A stretch of DNA of 32,000 nt from Nitrosococcus oceani ATCC 19707 (GCF_000012805.1 NC_007484.1:1440001-1472000), one strand, 5' to 3'; shown: positions 17,615 through 27,175, counted from the stretch's first letter. Notes: a model not told the origin generated them from the sequence alone. Numbers and translations are program-made.

Positions 17615-19758
17615 ATGATTCTTCCGGGATTAGAGTCCCTCTGGCAGAAGGCAGAGGACTCCACTCAGTTTATCAATTGGCTCGCCGAGAAGGTGCGCAC
17701 CAGGAATTGGGTGGCACTGCTCATGCTCTGCTTTGTGGCTGCTGCGGTCTTACTCAACCCCGTTTCAATCAAGGCGCTTTATCCTTGGCTGATGGGCCAG
17801 GAGCTGCCCGAGGATTTCTTGGACGGGTATCCGTGGGTTTATGGGGTGCTGTTGATCGCGCTTTTTTTGAGCGCCCTGATCCTTGCTATTCGAGCCAAGG
17901 CGCGCGAGCAGGAAATCTCACCCATTGATCTCAGCGAACGCAGCGCCGTCAAGGGCCTGTGGTCCTTCACCTATTAAGATGCCGACCTTTTTAAGCGTCT
18001 GGGACGAACCGACAGTCTGCGTAAATGCCTGGATAATGTCACCCACCCGGAATTTCGTTTCGGGGTCCTCTCTGGGGAGTCCGGCTGTGGCAAAACCTCT
18101 TTCCTTCAGGCCGGGCTCTGGCCCGGTCTGGAAAGCCGGGGCTTTCGTTGCCTCTACGTCAAATTAACCGAGCGCAACCCTCTTGCGGTCATTCGGCAGG
18201 CGTTGGCGCAACAGACAGAGATCCCACAAGCCCCGGTGAATGAGCTGGATGTCCCTGCCATTCTCGAGGCGGCCGCCGGCGGTGAGCCGGCGTCCTCCGA
18301 CAATAAGGGGGTCGTGCTGGTGCTTGATCAATTCGAGCAGTTTTTTGTCCACCAGCGCTACAAAGCCGACCGCCAACCGTTTCTGGAGGCTTTGGCCGCT
18401 TGGTACGGCCAATCCGGGCATCCCGTCCGGCTCCTGATCAGCATCTGCAAAGATTATGTGGGCCACCTGTATGAACTTCAGGAAGCCATGGGCTATTCGC
18501 TCGGCCCGAATGAAAGCTTCTATCTGGAGAAGTTCGAACCCCGGGAAGCCGCCAGCGTGTTGCGGGTGATGGCGAAAACCGAAGCTTTGGGGTTCGATGA
18601 AGAGTTTGCGCAAGAGCTCACCGCCCAGGAACTGGCCAGCCCCCGGGATGGATTGGTTTCCCCGGTCGATCTGCAAATTCTGACCTGGATGATCAAGGCC
18701 CAAAAAGGGGCCGAGCGAAAAGCCTTCGATCGTTCCACCTACCAAAAGCTCGGCGGGATCGAACAGCTGCTGGAGCGCTTCCTGCAACAGGTGCTCCAGG
18801 CGCGGGAAACCGAGGCGCGCCGACAGGCGGCGGTCAAGGTATTGCTGGCCTTGGTGGATCTGGAAAGCAGCACCCGGGCGGGAGTCCTGACGCTGAGCGA
18901 TCTTCAATGCAAGCTTTCCGGGTTATTGAGGGCTGAAGAGGCCAAGGAAGCCGTGCACTGGTTGTCGCGGGGGGACATCCGGCTGGTCACGGCCAGACAC
19001 CAGAAAAAGGAGCCGGGCTATGAACTGGCCCATGAACGTCTTATTCCCGCCTTGCGCCGACTGGCCGGCAAGACCTTGTCCGAGGCCGACAAAGCCAACC
19101 AACTCTTGGACCGGCGGGTCAACGAATGGATGGGGAATCAGCGCGCCGCGCGCTATCTGCTGCGTTGGCGGGAATTGAGGCTCATTCAAAAACAACACCC
19201 CTATTTGGTGTGGGGGAGCAAGCGAGCGCAAAAGGAAGTCTTGATTGCAAAGAGCCGACAGCGTCGAAACGGGGGGTTGGCAGCGGCCGGGATGATGGCG
19301 GTTATTGCCGTCTCCCTCACAACCCTTTATTACAGCGACCGAGGACAGATCTGGTTGATGGAGCGGGACTTGCGCCTCCTGGCGCAACAAACCAGAGACC
19401 CGGCACTGCTGAAAAAGAGCGCCCTGGCTTTTTTCGCCAGCAATCATGTTCAAAGGCTTTGGAGGTGGTGAAGCGTATTCGAAACCCGCAGGACAAAGCT
19501 CGTGCTTTGCAGGCGTTGGCCGAGGTGGCGCTGAAACTTGAGCAACCCGAGCAGGCCATAGCGCTGCTGGCGGAGCTGGCCAAAGCGGCCACCGGGATTG
19601 AGCGTTCCAAGTACAAAGCCGAAAGCTGGCGGCTGGCCCGTGAAATGGCGGATATGATTACGTCAGTTGATGGGCGTATTCAGGCGTTCTCCCAAATTCT
19701 TATGATTTGGGCGGAAAAAGAAGCTTTGCCTGCTGCTAAGAAAAAAGCGGCTTCTTAA
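17615..19758 (+). pseudogene. Membrane-anchored STAND-type P-loop NTPase, disrupted by an in-frame TAA at 17975..17977 and a frameshift near 19420..19460
   Basis: ORFs 17615..17977 and 18203..19471 share a frame. Reading through the stop gives ...AVKGLWSFTY*DADLFKRLGRTDSL...FRFGVLSGESGCGKTSFLQAGLWPGL (Walker A) and then VLVLDQFEQ (Walker B-like). The helical-repeat tail continues only in the frame of ORF 19126..19758. Confidence 0.75.
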
Positions 19759-19839
19759 AGTAAAGCCCTGATGTTGAGTCCCCGGTTTAACTGAAATTTG
19801 CATACCTCCATGTCTTTAAATGATCAGTCATTGACTCAA

Positions 19840-20112
19840 CCAGCTCCCTACTTCGGTAGGAGACGTTACTCGCGAATTCTGGCTGACGAGCTTATGTTAC
19901 CTCAGCCGGTAAAAATAGGCACTTCGGGCTGCATTCCCAGCTCCGAACACTGCTGCGCCAGGGGGTTAAACAGCACGGGTCGGGATAACGGGCAGTGCTC
20001 CCTCAAGGGATTGACCCGCAAGGGTGGGAGAAACCGGGAGATAACCGAGCGAGGGAACCTTAACTTGCGTAAGCGGTGGCTCGTAAGAGCAGGCGAAAGC
20101 CAACCCCACTTT
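19840..20112 (+). ncRNA. Candidate structured RNA, unclassified (tetraloop-rich, ORF-poor)
   Basis: On the + strand there are five hairpins capped by C-G-closed stable tetraloops: C(UUCG)G 19851..19856, C(GCAA)G 20017..20022, C(GUAA)G 20068..20073, C(GUAA)G 20082..20087 and C(GAAA)G 20094..20099. There is also a 9-bp bulged hairpin at 19923..19947. GUGG 20076..20079 can pair with CCAC 20106..20109 and enclose the last two hairpins. I recognise no known RNA family. Confidence 0.3.
19866..19907 (+). repeat. Fourth, isolated fragment resembling the MITE/IS right-end hairpin module
   Basis: CTCGCGAATTCT-GGCTGACGAG...CTCAGCC compares with copy A GCGCGAATTCTCCAGGCTGATGAG...CATCAGTC. The leader CGCGAATTCT and the GGCTGA/TCAGYC stem are the same. 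There is no matching terminal GGCGAAACTCCAAT. Confidence 0.45.
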
Positions 20113-20115
20113 CCG

Positions 20116-22767
20116 CTAGCCCAGGGCCTTTGTGGTAATCTCATAAACGTCTTTAGAAATCCGGGGTGAGTTAACGATGTGTTCTAATTGCTCCTTCATT
20201 ATTATTTGCCGGTTTTGATCATAACGCCGCCAGAGATTAAAAGTGCTGGCTAAACGGGCCGCAATTTGCGGGTTAAGCGGATCGAGTTTAAGAATATAAT
20301 CCCGAAGAAAACGGTAACCTTCACCGCTGGGATCATGAAAGCGAACTGGATTTCCCTGGCAGAAAGCGCCAATAAGGGCGCGGACTTTGTTAGGGTTAGT
20401 TAGCTTAAAAGCAGGATGCTGGGTGAGTTTTTTAACGATAGTAAGTGTATCCTGGCGCCGCGAGAGGGCTTGGAGAGAAAGCCATTTATCCATGACTAAA
20501 GAGTCGTTTTTCCATTGGTTATAAAAAGCTTGGAGAGCGATTTTTCTCTCAGAACTTTCGGTATCCGCGAGGCTAGAGAGAGCAGCAATGACATCGGTCA
20601 TATTGTCGGACTCGTTAAATTGCTGAAGGCAGCGGCTTTTAATGTCTGGCCCATCCAGCGTCATGAGATATTCAAGGCAGATATTGCGCAGCTTACGCCG
20701 GCCTATCTCTTCAGGAGAGGAGTGATAGGGACTAGTACCGGCTAGAGATTCGTAAGTGGTGGTAAAAGTACTGTGCAGGGCTTCAGCAAGGCCGCGCTGA
20801 AGGAAACGGCGCGCTTTATAAGCGGCCTCTGGATCGATGACTGTCATAAATTCAGCCAGATAATGCTCAGAGGGTAATGTTAGAATTTGAGCCACAAAGG
20901 CTTGGTCTGATTCGTCGCCCGCTAGGATTTTTTCAATCGTATTGGTAAAGGCAGGATCTAAAATAAGCGGCTTTCCTTGCTGGTGATCTTCCACCAGTCC
21001 CAGAAGAATTTTGATGGCCAGTTGTTGGCCTGCTTCCCAGCGATTGAAATGATCCTTGTCATGGACAAGAAGAAAACAGTATTCCTCATTGCTAAGGCCC
21101 AGATAAAGTTTGACTGGCGCTGAAAAACCACGTAATAGGGACGGCACCGGTTTACAAGGAATATCTTGAAAAACAAAGGTTTCTTCTGCTTGACGTAATT
21201 CGAGAACCCGGGTACCAGTAATTGCTTCCGCCTCTCCGGCAAGGCGTAGGGGCAGATCCCTTCCTTCCGCATCGAGCAAGCCGATAGCCAGGGGAATATG
21301 AAAAGGCGCCTTATGGGGTTGCTCCGGCGTAGGGGGACAGGTCTGTTTTACCTTAAGGGTGTAAGTAGACATTTCGGGATCATAAATGCGGCTAATCCGT
21401 AGTTCTGGCGTTCCCGCCTGACTATACCAAAGGCGGAACTGCGAAAAGTCAGTATTATTAGCGTCTTCCAAAGCTTGGACAAAATCGTCAGTGGTGACGG
21501 CCTGACCGTCGTGGCGTTTAAAATAAAGATCGGTCCCCTTGCGGAAGCCTTCTGTACCTAATAGACGGTAAAGCATGCGCACAACCTCGGCACCCTTCTC
21601 ATATATGGTTAGGGTATAGAAGTTATTGATTTCCACGTAGGACTCCGGTCGTATGGGATGGGCCATGGGCCCAGCATCTTCACGGAATTGATAGCTACGC
21701 AAGTGGTTGACAACTTGGATTCGCTTGACCGCGGATGAGCCCTGGTCAGCGCTGAATTGCTGATCGCGAAAGACCGTAAAGCCTTCTTTGAGGCTTAACT
21801 GGAACCAGTCCCGGCAAGTGACTCGGTTACCTGACCAATTATGAAAGTACTCATGGGCGATCACCGCCTCGATATTTTCATAATCCGTGTCGGTAGCCGT
21901 TTCCGGTTTAGCCAGTACATATTTGGAATTGAAGATATTAAGACCTTTATTTTCCATAGCGCCCATGTTGAAATCATCCACGGCAACGATCATGTAGATA
22001 TCCAGATCGTATTCCCGGCCATAGACCTGCTCATCCCATGCCATGGCCCGTTTGAGGGAGGCCATGGCATGGTCACATTGATCCTGGTTATGAGGTTGCA
22101 CATACATATGCAGTTGGATCTTACGGCCCGATAGAGTGATAAATTCATCCTCGATGCGGGCTAAATCGCTGGCCACCAAAGCAAATAAATAGGAGGGTTT
22201 GGGAAAAGGATCTTGCCATTTAGCAAAGTGGCGGCCAGTATCCCATTTGCCTTGAGCGATCAAGTTGCCATTGGAAAGCAGTATTGGGTATTTTTTCTCA
22301 TCCGCCACAATGGTGGTGGTGTAACGGGCCATCACATCGGGACGATCGAGGAAATAGGTAATACGGCGGAATCCCTCTGCTTCGCATTGAGTACAGAAAT
22401 TGCCACTCGAAGTATATAGTCCGGAGAGGGTGGTATTATCCTGAGGGTAAATGCGAGTCTCGATTTCCAGGGTAAAGCAATCCGGGACTTGGAGGAGGGT
22501 AAGCGATTCCGAGTCTTGATAATAATTCTTTTTACTTAAAACTTGGCCGTCCTGTTTAATTGAAAGTAATTCTAGCTCTTCACCATTCAGGACAAGGGAG
22601 GGGGAATCGGCCTTTGAGTGGCGGGAGAGTGCGAGCCGGGAATGGACCGTTGTGTGTTTTTCTCCGAGTTCAAAGTGCAGATCAATGGTTTCAATATAAT
22701 AGTCAGGCGCTTGGTAGTTCTTTAAATAAATAGTTGGAGGGGCTTTGGAGGGCTTAGTCTCTAGCAT
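20116..22767 (-). CDS. pepN: Aminopeptidase N (M1 family)
   Basis: 883 aa with the GAMEN motif (FNMGAMENKGLNIF) and the zinc site HEYFHNWSGNRVT...LSLKEGFT. The length and C-terminal ERAP-like domain are typical of PepN. Confidence 0.95.
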   Translation of the reverse strand: MLETKPSKAPPTIYLKNYQAPDYYIETIDLHFELGEKHTTVHSRLALSRHSKADSPSLVLNGEELELLSIKQDGQVLSKKNYYQDSESLTLLQVPDCFTLEIETRIYPQDNTTLSGLYTSSGNFCTQCEAEGFRRITYFLDRPDVMARYTTTIVADEKKYPILLSNGNLIAQGKWDTGRHFAKWQDPFPKPSYLFALVASDLARIEDEFITLSGRKIQLHMYVQPHNQDQCDHAMASLKRAMAWDEQVYGREYDLDIYMIVAVDDFNMGAMENKGLNIFNSKYVLAKPETATDTDYENIEAVIAHEYFHNWSGNRVTCRDWFQLSLKEGFTVFRDQQFSADQGSSAVKRIQVVNHLRSYQFREDAGPMAHPIRPESYVEINNFYTLTIYEKGAEVVRMLYRLLGTEGFRKGTDLYFKRHDGQAVTTDDFVQALEDANNTDFSQFRLWYSQAGTPELRISRIYDPEMSTYTLKVKQTCPPTPEQPHKAPFHIPLAIGLLDAEGRDLPLRLAGEAEAITGTRVLELRQAEETFVFQDIPCKPVPSLLRGFSAPVKLYLGLSNEEYCFLLVHDKDHFNRWEAGQQLAIKILLGLVEDHQQGKPLILDPAFTNTIEKILAGDESDQAFVAQILTLPSEHYLAEFMTVIDPEAAYKARRFLQRGLAEALHSTFTTTYESLAGTSPYHSSPEEIGRRKLRNICLEYLMTLDGPDIKSRCLQQFNESDNMTDVIAALSSLADTESSERKIALQAFYNQWKNDSLVMDKWLSLQALSRRQDTLTIVKKLTQHPAFKLTNPNKVRALIGAFCQGNPVRFHDPSGEGYRFLRDYILKLDPLNPQIAARLASTFNLWRRYDQNRQIIMKEQLEHIVNSPRISKDVYEITTKALG

Positions 22768-23272
22768 GAATTTTTCTCCTAAGCTTGTTCATAAAGAAGC
22801 AGTTATACTGCTGGACATAAGAAAGAAGGGGCAAGATAAAAAATCTTGGAGCAAGAGCGAATGGAAGTTATATCTAGTTTCTCTAAAATACCCCCTCTCC
22901 TGGACTTAATATCTGGATGTGCATGGTAGGCGCAAAGCCTAGAAGCTGAACAGCTTGGGGCTCTTAACTGTTTAATTAAATCTATGATTTTCTCTGAAAA
23001 TATCAGCTTTTGCCGCATCCTTGACATGCCTAAATCCTCGCGTTTATCAATGGCTTCGTGCTCTTGAGCACCGTCCCGACAGGCTACGGCGAGACGTTAA
23101 ATGCGCGCAAGAGTCATATAAGACCACGGTTTTAAAGCCGGGCAATGGCAGAGACGGCGCGAACGAACCTATGAGATTTTCATAGATTCTTAGTAGCGGT
23201 ATGCTCCTATTCCCTCCCAAGGCGAAGGGATAAAATAAGTATTTTCGCCTAGGTTAGAGAGGTTAAATAAAG

Positions 23273-24343
23273 TTACGTTAAGATATCTTTAACCGCAGCG
23301 AGAAATCGTTGCATGTCTTGTGCGGAAATGGCACCCATGGTGGATACCCGGAAAATTTTGGCTACTAATCCTCCTTGCCCAGCGTAGATGATGAAACCTT
23401 GCTGTTTGAGTTCATCGTGTAATGTTTCATAGCCAATATCTGACGGCAAATGATAGGATCGCAGGACGCAAGACGACGATCCAGGGGGTAACAATGGTTT
23501 GATACCCATTTGCCTGAGTCCATCGGCAACTAAATCAGCTAAGTGGCGATAGTGTTCTCCTCGGGCCTGCCAACCGCCAGCGTCGGTCAATTCATGCAAG
23601 GCTTCCGATAGAGCATAAAAACATTGGATGGCCGGCGTGAAGGGGGTATTTCGCCGATCCTGCTCTTGGCAGTAGGTTGCTAAATTTAGATATAGGCTGC
23701 GGCAGGGAGGAGGTGTGGGCAAGCTATCCCGGCGTATTATGACAAACGCGGCACCTGGCGCGCCGTGCAAACATTTATTAGCGGTAGCCGCTAAAGCACT
23801 GATTTCCCATTCTTCGAAGGCCAGAGCCTCAGCACCAAAGCTGCTGACGCCATCGGTTAGCAATTGGGCATTGTACCGGCGACAAAGTGCGCCAATTGCC
23901 GCCAGATCATTGAGTCGTCCGGTAGTGGTTTCGTGATGGACGGCAGCCACGTGGGTAATATCCGTCTCCTCCGCGAGCATTTGCTCTAGTTGCGGGATAT
24001 CAATTTCGGCCCCCCAGCTATGGCGCAGGGCGGTATGAGGGATGCCATGAATCTGAGCAATTTTAGCGAGCCGCTCTCCATAGACCCCGTTTTCAATAAC
24101 TAACAGTTTTCCTCGATCCGGAACCAGGCTGCTTATCATGGCTTCCATGGCGGCGGTGCCGGAGCCACTTAGCAGTACGGCCGCCCAACGCCCAGGATCA
24201 AGATCATAGATAGCCAACAGCCGCTCCCGGATCTGGTCTTGCAAATCGGCAAACTCTGTTTCCCGGTGGCAGAGATCGGGCTGCAGTAAAGCTGCTCGGA
24301 CTCGTTCACTAAGATTAACCGGACCTGGATTGAGTAAAATCAT
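23273..24343 (-). CDS. phnW: 2-aminoethylphosphonate--pyruvate transaminase
   Basis: 356 aa class-V aminotransferase. N-terminus ILLNPGPVNLSERVR; PLP-lysine region TANKCLHGAPGAAFVI. The start overlaps the stop of the phosphonopyruvate decarboxylase gene (ATGA). Confidence 0.88.
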   Translation of the reverse strand: MILLNPGPVNLSERVRAALLQPDLCHRETEFADLQDQIRERLLAIYDLDPGRWAAVLLSGSGTAAMEAMISSLVPDRGKLLVIENGVYGERLAKIAQIHGIPHTALRHSWGAEIDIPQLEQMLAEETDITHVAAVHHETTTGRLNDLAAIGALCRRYNAQLLTDGVSSFGAEALAFEEWEISALAATANKCLHGAPGAAFVIIRRDSLPTPPPCRSLYLNLATYCQEQDRRNTPFTPAIQCFYALSEALHELTDAGGWQARGEHYRHLADLVADGLRQMGIKPLLPPGSSSCVLRSYHLPSDIGYETLHDELKQQGFIIYAGQGGLVAKIFRVSTMGAISAQDMQRFLAAVKDILT

Positions 24344-25494
24344 GGAATCCTCTTTAAGTGGGCCATTAACCGGGCTTTAATCTCCGGTGGAGTTAAGGGG
24401 GGACGGGGCAGATCCGCGGGAGCGCCCGGGCGTATTTTAAGCTGGGCAAAACGGGGACCGTTAGAATCTGGAGCCGTAAACAACTCATCCAGTAAGGATG
24501 GGGTGTTTCCTTCCAGGGACAAGGAGTAACCGCAGGCCTTCGCCACCTGGGCAAAGGAGAAATTGTTGGAAACCGTCGCCTGGGCTCCTGTGGAATCATG
24601 AACTTCATTGTCCAGAAGAACATGGATTAAATTAGGGCCGCCGTAGGTACCCACCGTTGCCAAATTGCCCATACGCATCAAGGCGGCGCCATCACCATCA
24701 ATGACCACCACCCGTAAATCTGGACGGGCCAGGGAGAGCCCTAGGCCCAATGAGGAGGCACAGCCCATGGAGCCCACCATATAAATCTGATTAGGGCGAT
24801 CCTCAAGGGCGCATAATTCCCGGCCAGTGTAGCCTGTGGTGGCAATGACCACGGTATTTTTTTCCGGCGTTCGGGAAAGCAGATCAGCTAAAGCCTCGGA
24901 GCGGGAGCAGAGAGAACCGGCCTGGTAATAGCGATGTAATTCGTTATTTTGATGGGTAGCGCGCTTGAGAATTTTACTGCCACTTGCCCCATAGGGGGCC
25001 ACGGAATTCTTGCGCATAATAAAGGCGTAAGGACGTTCAGCCTGTTGCATGTATTGGTGGGCCCGTTCCAAGGCTGAGTGGATTTGCTTGCTTTCCAAGG
25101 GAAAATACTCCCAGGGAATTTCCATGGCTTCCAGCAGTGAGCCGGTAATTTGGCCCATGAGTTCATGCTGGGGTTCATCTCGAAGCGTTGGGTCTCCTCT
25201 CAGGGTAATGATGAGAAGTATCGGGATGTGAAAGGTATGGGTCAGGGAGGTCAGTGGATTAACGGCGTTACCGAGACCAGAATTCTGCATCATAGCAATA
25301 GCTGGTTGCCCACCTAAATAGGCGCCCGCAGCCAGAGCAACGGCATCACCTTCATTAGCCGAGGAAACATACGTTAAATCGTTGCGCTCGATAACATAGT
25401 TAATAAAAGGAGTGAGGAAGGAGCAGGGAACGCCTCCGTAACAGCCAAACCCGCCTTCGCGAGCACTGTCGATAAACTCATGGGCTTCTATCAT
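24340..25494 (-). CDS. aepY: Phosphonopyruvate decarboxylase (thiamine-diphosphate dependent)
   Basis: ThDP motif VIDGDGAALMRMGNLATVG and N-terminal GVPCSFLTPF. I prefer ATG 25494 (AGGA 6 nt upstream, just after the pepM stop at 25505) to the track start at 25524, which overlaps pepM by 20 nt. Confidence 0.88.
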   Translation of the reverse strand: MIEAHEFIDSAREGGFGCYGGVPCSFLTPFINYVIERNDLTYVSSANEGDAVALAAGAYLGGQPAIAMMQNSGLGNAVNPLTSLTHTFHIPILLIITLRGDPTLRDEPQHELMGQITGSLLEAMEIPWEYFPLESKQIHSALERAHQYMQQAERPYAFIMRKNSVAPYGASGSKILKRATHQNNELHRYYQAGSLCSRSEALADLLSRTPEKNTVVIATTGYTGRELCALEDRPNQIYMVGSMGCASSLGLGLSLARPDLRVVVIDGDGAALMRMGNLATVGTYGGPNLIHVLLDNEVHDSTGAQATVSNNFSFAQVAKACGYSLSLEGNTPSLLDELFTAPDSNGPRFAQLKIRPGAPADLPRPPLTPPEIKARLMAHLKRIP

Positions 25495-25504
25495 GGGAAT
25501 CCTA

Positions 25505-27175
25505 TTATTGATGACCGTGGGCAAAGTCGCCGGCGCGGGTTAGATCCTCCATGTCATTTACATCCAGCCAATGGCCGTTAATGTAGAGAACCTTAATTGG
25601 GTGGCCGTTGGCGACCAGATGATTGAATAAATCGGGCATTGCAAGTTGGGAAAAATTCTCTTGTTGCCGTAATGCTTGGAGGGCATCGAGCAGCCATTGG
25701 CGTCCTTCACCCGCGACTCGGGCCATGCCGATCCAGCGACCGTGGGGCTGTTTACTGAGCTGCTTTTTTTGCGTTTCAATACGAAGGAGGTCTACATCCT
25801 GGCGGAACAAGGAACGGTCATCCGGCTGGGAGCAGAAAGCCACATCCCGGATATCATCCTTCATGCCAGGAGAAAGGGCAGAATCCACAACGACAACAAT
25901 GTTTCCTGGCACGTGGCGCAAATCATTTAGGATATAGCTGCGGAACAGCAGGTCGCCATAGGTGATGATGGTATCCTCGGATAAGCTCTCAAGGGCACAG
26001 GCAAGGGAAGATAACTCACTGCTATGGCCGTAATCTGGGTTATGAATGAGGGAAATAGCCTTGACATCAATGGCTTCTGGTTTATAACCAGTCACTACCG
26101 TGATGCGATTAACGTGCTGTCGTTTAAATTCGTCTACTAGGCGGCGTAGCAGTGGGATGCCGGCCACCGGCAGCATGACTTTGGGACGATCCTGAGTCAG
26201 GCTTTCTAGTCCTTTGCCCCGGGTAGCCCCCAGCACAATCGCTCCCGTCTCGGCCTCTGGGGAAGCGCCGTAACGGCGTTCAGCAGCCAGTAATTCCTCG
26301 GCCCCTTGGAGGCGGAAAATTTCACTGACCGGTGCAACCTGATCCTCGATGTTAACTAGGGTTTGCGTATCATGGATTTCCCGCGCCACTTGAGCCATTG
26401 CGGCCGCAGCGGCCCGAATTAAATGATTAGCCCAAATGACGGTGCTGATGCCCGCCTTGCGGAATACTTCGGTGGGCGTACTGTAGTATTTAGTGGGGAC
26501 AATAATGAGTGGTGCCCGGTTTCCCCATTCTCTGGCGAAGGCTAGGATCTCATCGGCTTGGGAAAGTTTACTGTGGATTAATATGGCATCCGCCCCAGCC
26601 CGATGGTAAGCTTCTGCGCGGCGTAAGGCTTCATCCAGCCCCCAGCCCGCGATTAAAGCCTCGACTCGTGCCACGATGGAGAAATCGGGATCACTTTGAG
26701 AATCTTTCCCAGCCTTGATCTTGCCGCAAAATTCGTCCACTTCAGCTAAAGGCTGGCGTTCACCGCCAATAAAACTGTTAGTTTTAGGGAAAACTTTATC
26801 TTCGATACAAACGCCGGCAATTTCCCGCTGCTCTAGCTTTCTCACTAGCCGGCGCAAGTTATTAAAATTTCCATATCCCGTATCGCCATCCAGGAGAATG
26901 GGAATAGTGGTGGTGTCGGACATAAACTCTAGCATATCCACTATTTGGGTCCAGCTAGCCTCGTTATTGTCTCTGACTCCAAACTGGGAAGAAATTGCCA
27001 GACCACTGGCCCAAACTCCCTTAAATCCGGCTTCTTCGGCAATCCGGGCGCTAAGGCCATTGTGGGCTTCTAGCAGAAATTCTGTGGGTTCGGATTTCAG
27101 TAAAGCCCGTAATTGGGCAAACTTTGAAGGCCGACGTTTAAAAGTTCCAGCCGTGGGTAAGGGTACAGTGCTCAT
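25505..27175 (-). CDS. aepX: Phosphoenolpyruvate mutase fused to a C-terminal LicC-like nucleotidyltransferase domain
   Basis: The N-terminal ~290 aa carry PepM/isocitrate-lyase-superfamily motifs ([39 protein letters not shown]). The C-terminal ~250 aa align to LicC-type nucleotidyltransferases ([37 protein letters not shown]). Confidence 0.9.
   Translation of the reverse strand: MSTVPLPTAGTFKRRPSKFAQLRALLKSEPTEFLLEAHNGLSARIAEEAGFKGVWASGLAISSQFGVRDNNEASWTQIVDMLEFMSDTTTIPILLDGDTGYGNFNNLRRLVRKLEQREIAGVCIEDKVFPKTNSFIGGERQPLAEVDEFCGKIKAGKDSQSDPDFSIVARVEALIAGWGLDEALRRAEAYHRAGADAILIHSKLSQADEILAFAREWGNRAPLIIVPTKYYSTPTEVFRKAGISTVIWANHLIRAAAAAMAQVAREIHDTQTLVNIEDQVAPVSEIFRLQGAEELLAAERRYGASPEAETGAIVLGATRGKGLESLTQDRPKVMLPVAGIPLLRRLVDEFKRQHVNRITVVTGYKPEAIDVKAISLIHNPDYGHSSELSSLACALESLSEDTIITYGDLLFRSYILNDLRHVPGNIVVVVDSALSPGMKDDIRDVAFCSQPDDRSLFRQDVDLLRIETQKKQLSKQPHGRWIGMARVAGEGRQWLLDALQALRQQENFSQLAMPDLFNHLVANGHPIKVLYINGHWLDVNDMEDLTRAGDFAHGHQ

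Noticed and set aside
17975-17977. In-frame TAA as programmed read-through or recoding
   Set aside because: I see no known recoding context. The gene also carries a separate frameshift and sits among mobile-element debris, so decay is the simpler explanation.
18164-19453. 247-aa and 176-aa minus-strand ORFs antisense to the NTPase gene
   Set aside because: These are typical long antisense open frames of GC-rich coding DNA, with no motifs. The sense strand carries clear Walker A/B motifs.
19798-20169. 123-aa (+) and 80-aa (-) ORFs in the pepN-proximal spacer
   Set aside because: There is no ribosome-binding site and no recognisable domain, and they overlap the pepN 3' end. The strand-specific tetraloop pattern fits an RNA or relic interpretation better.
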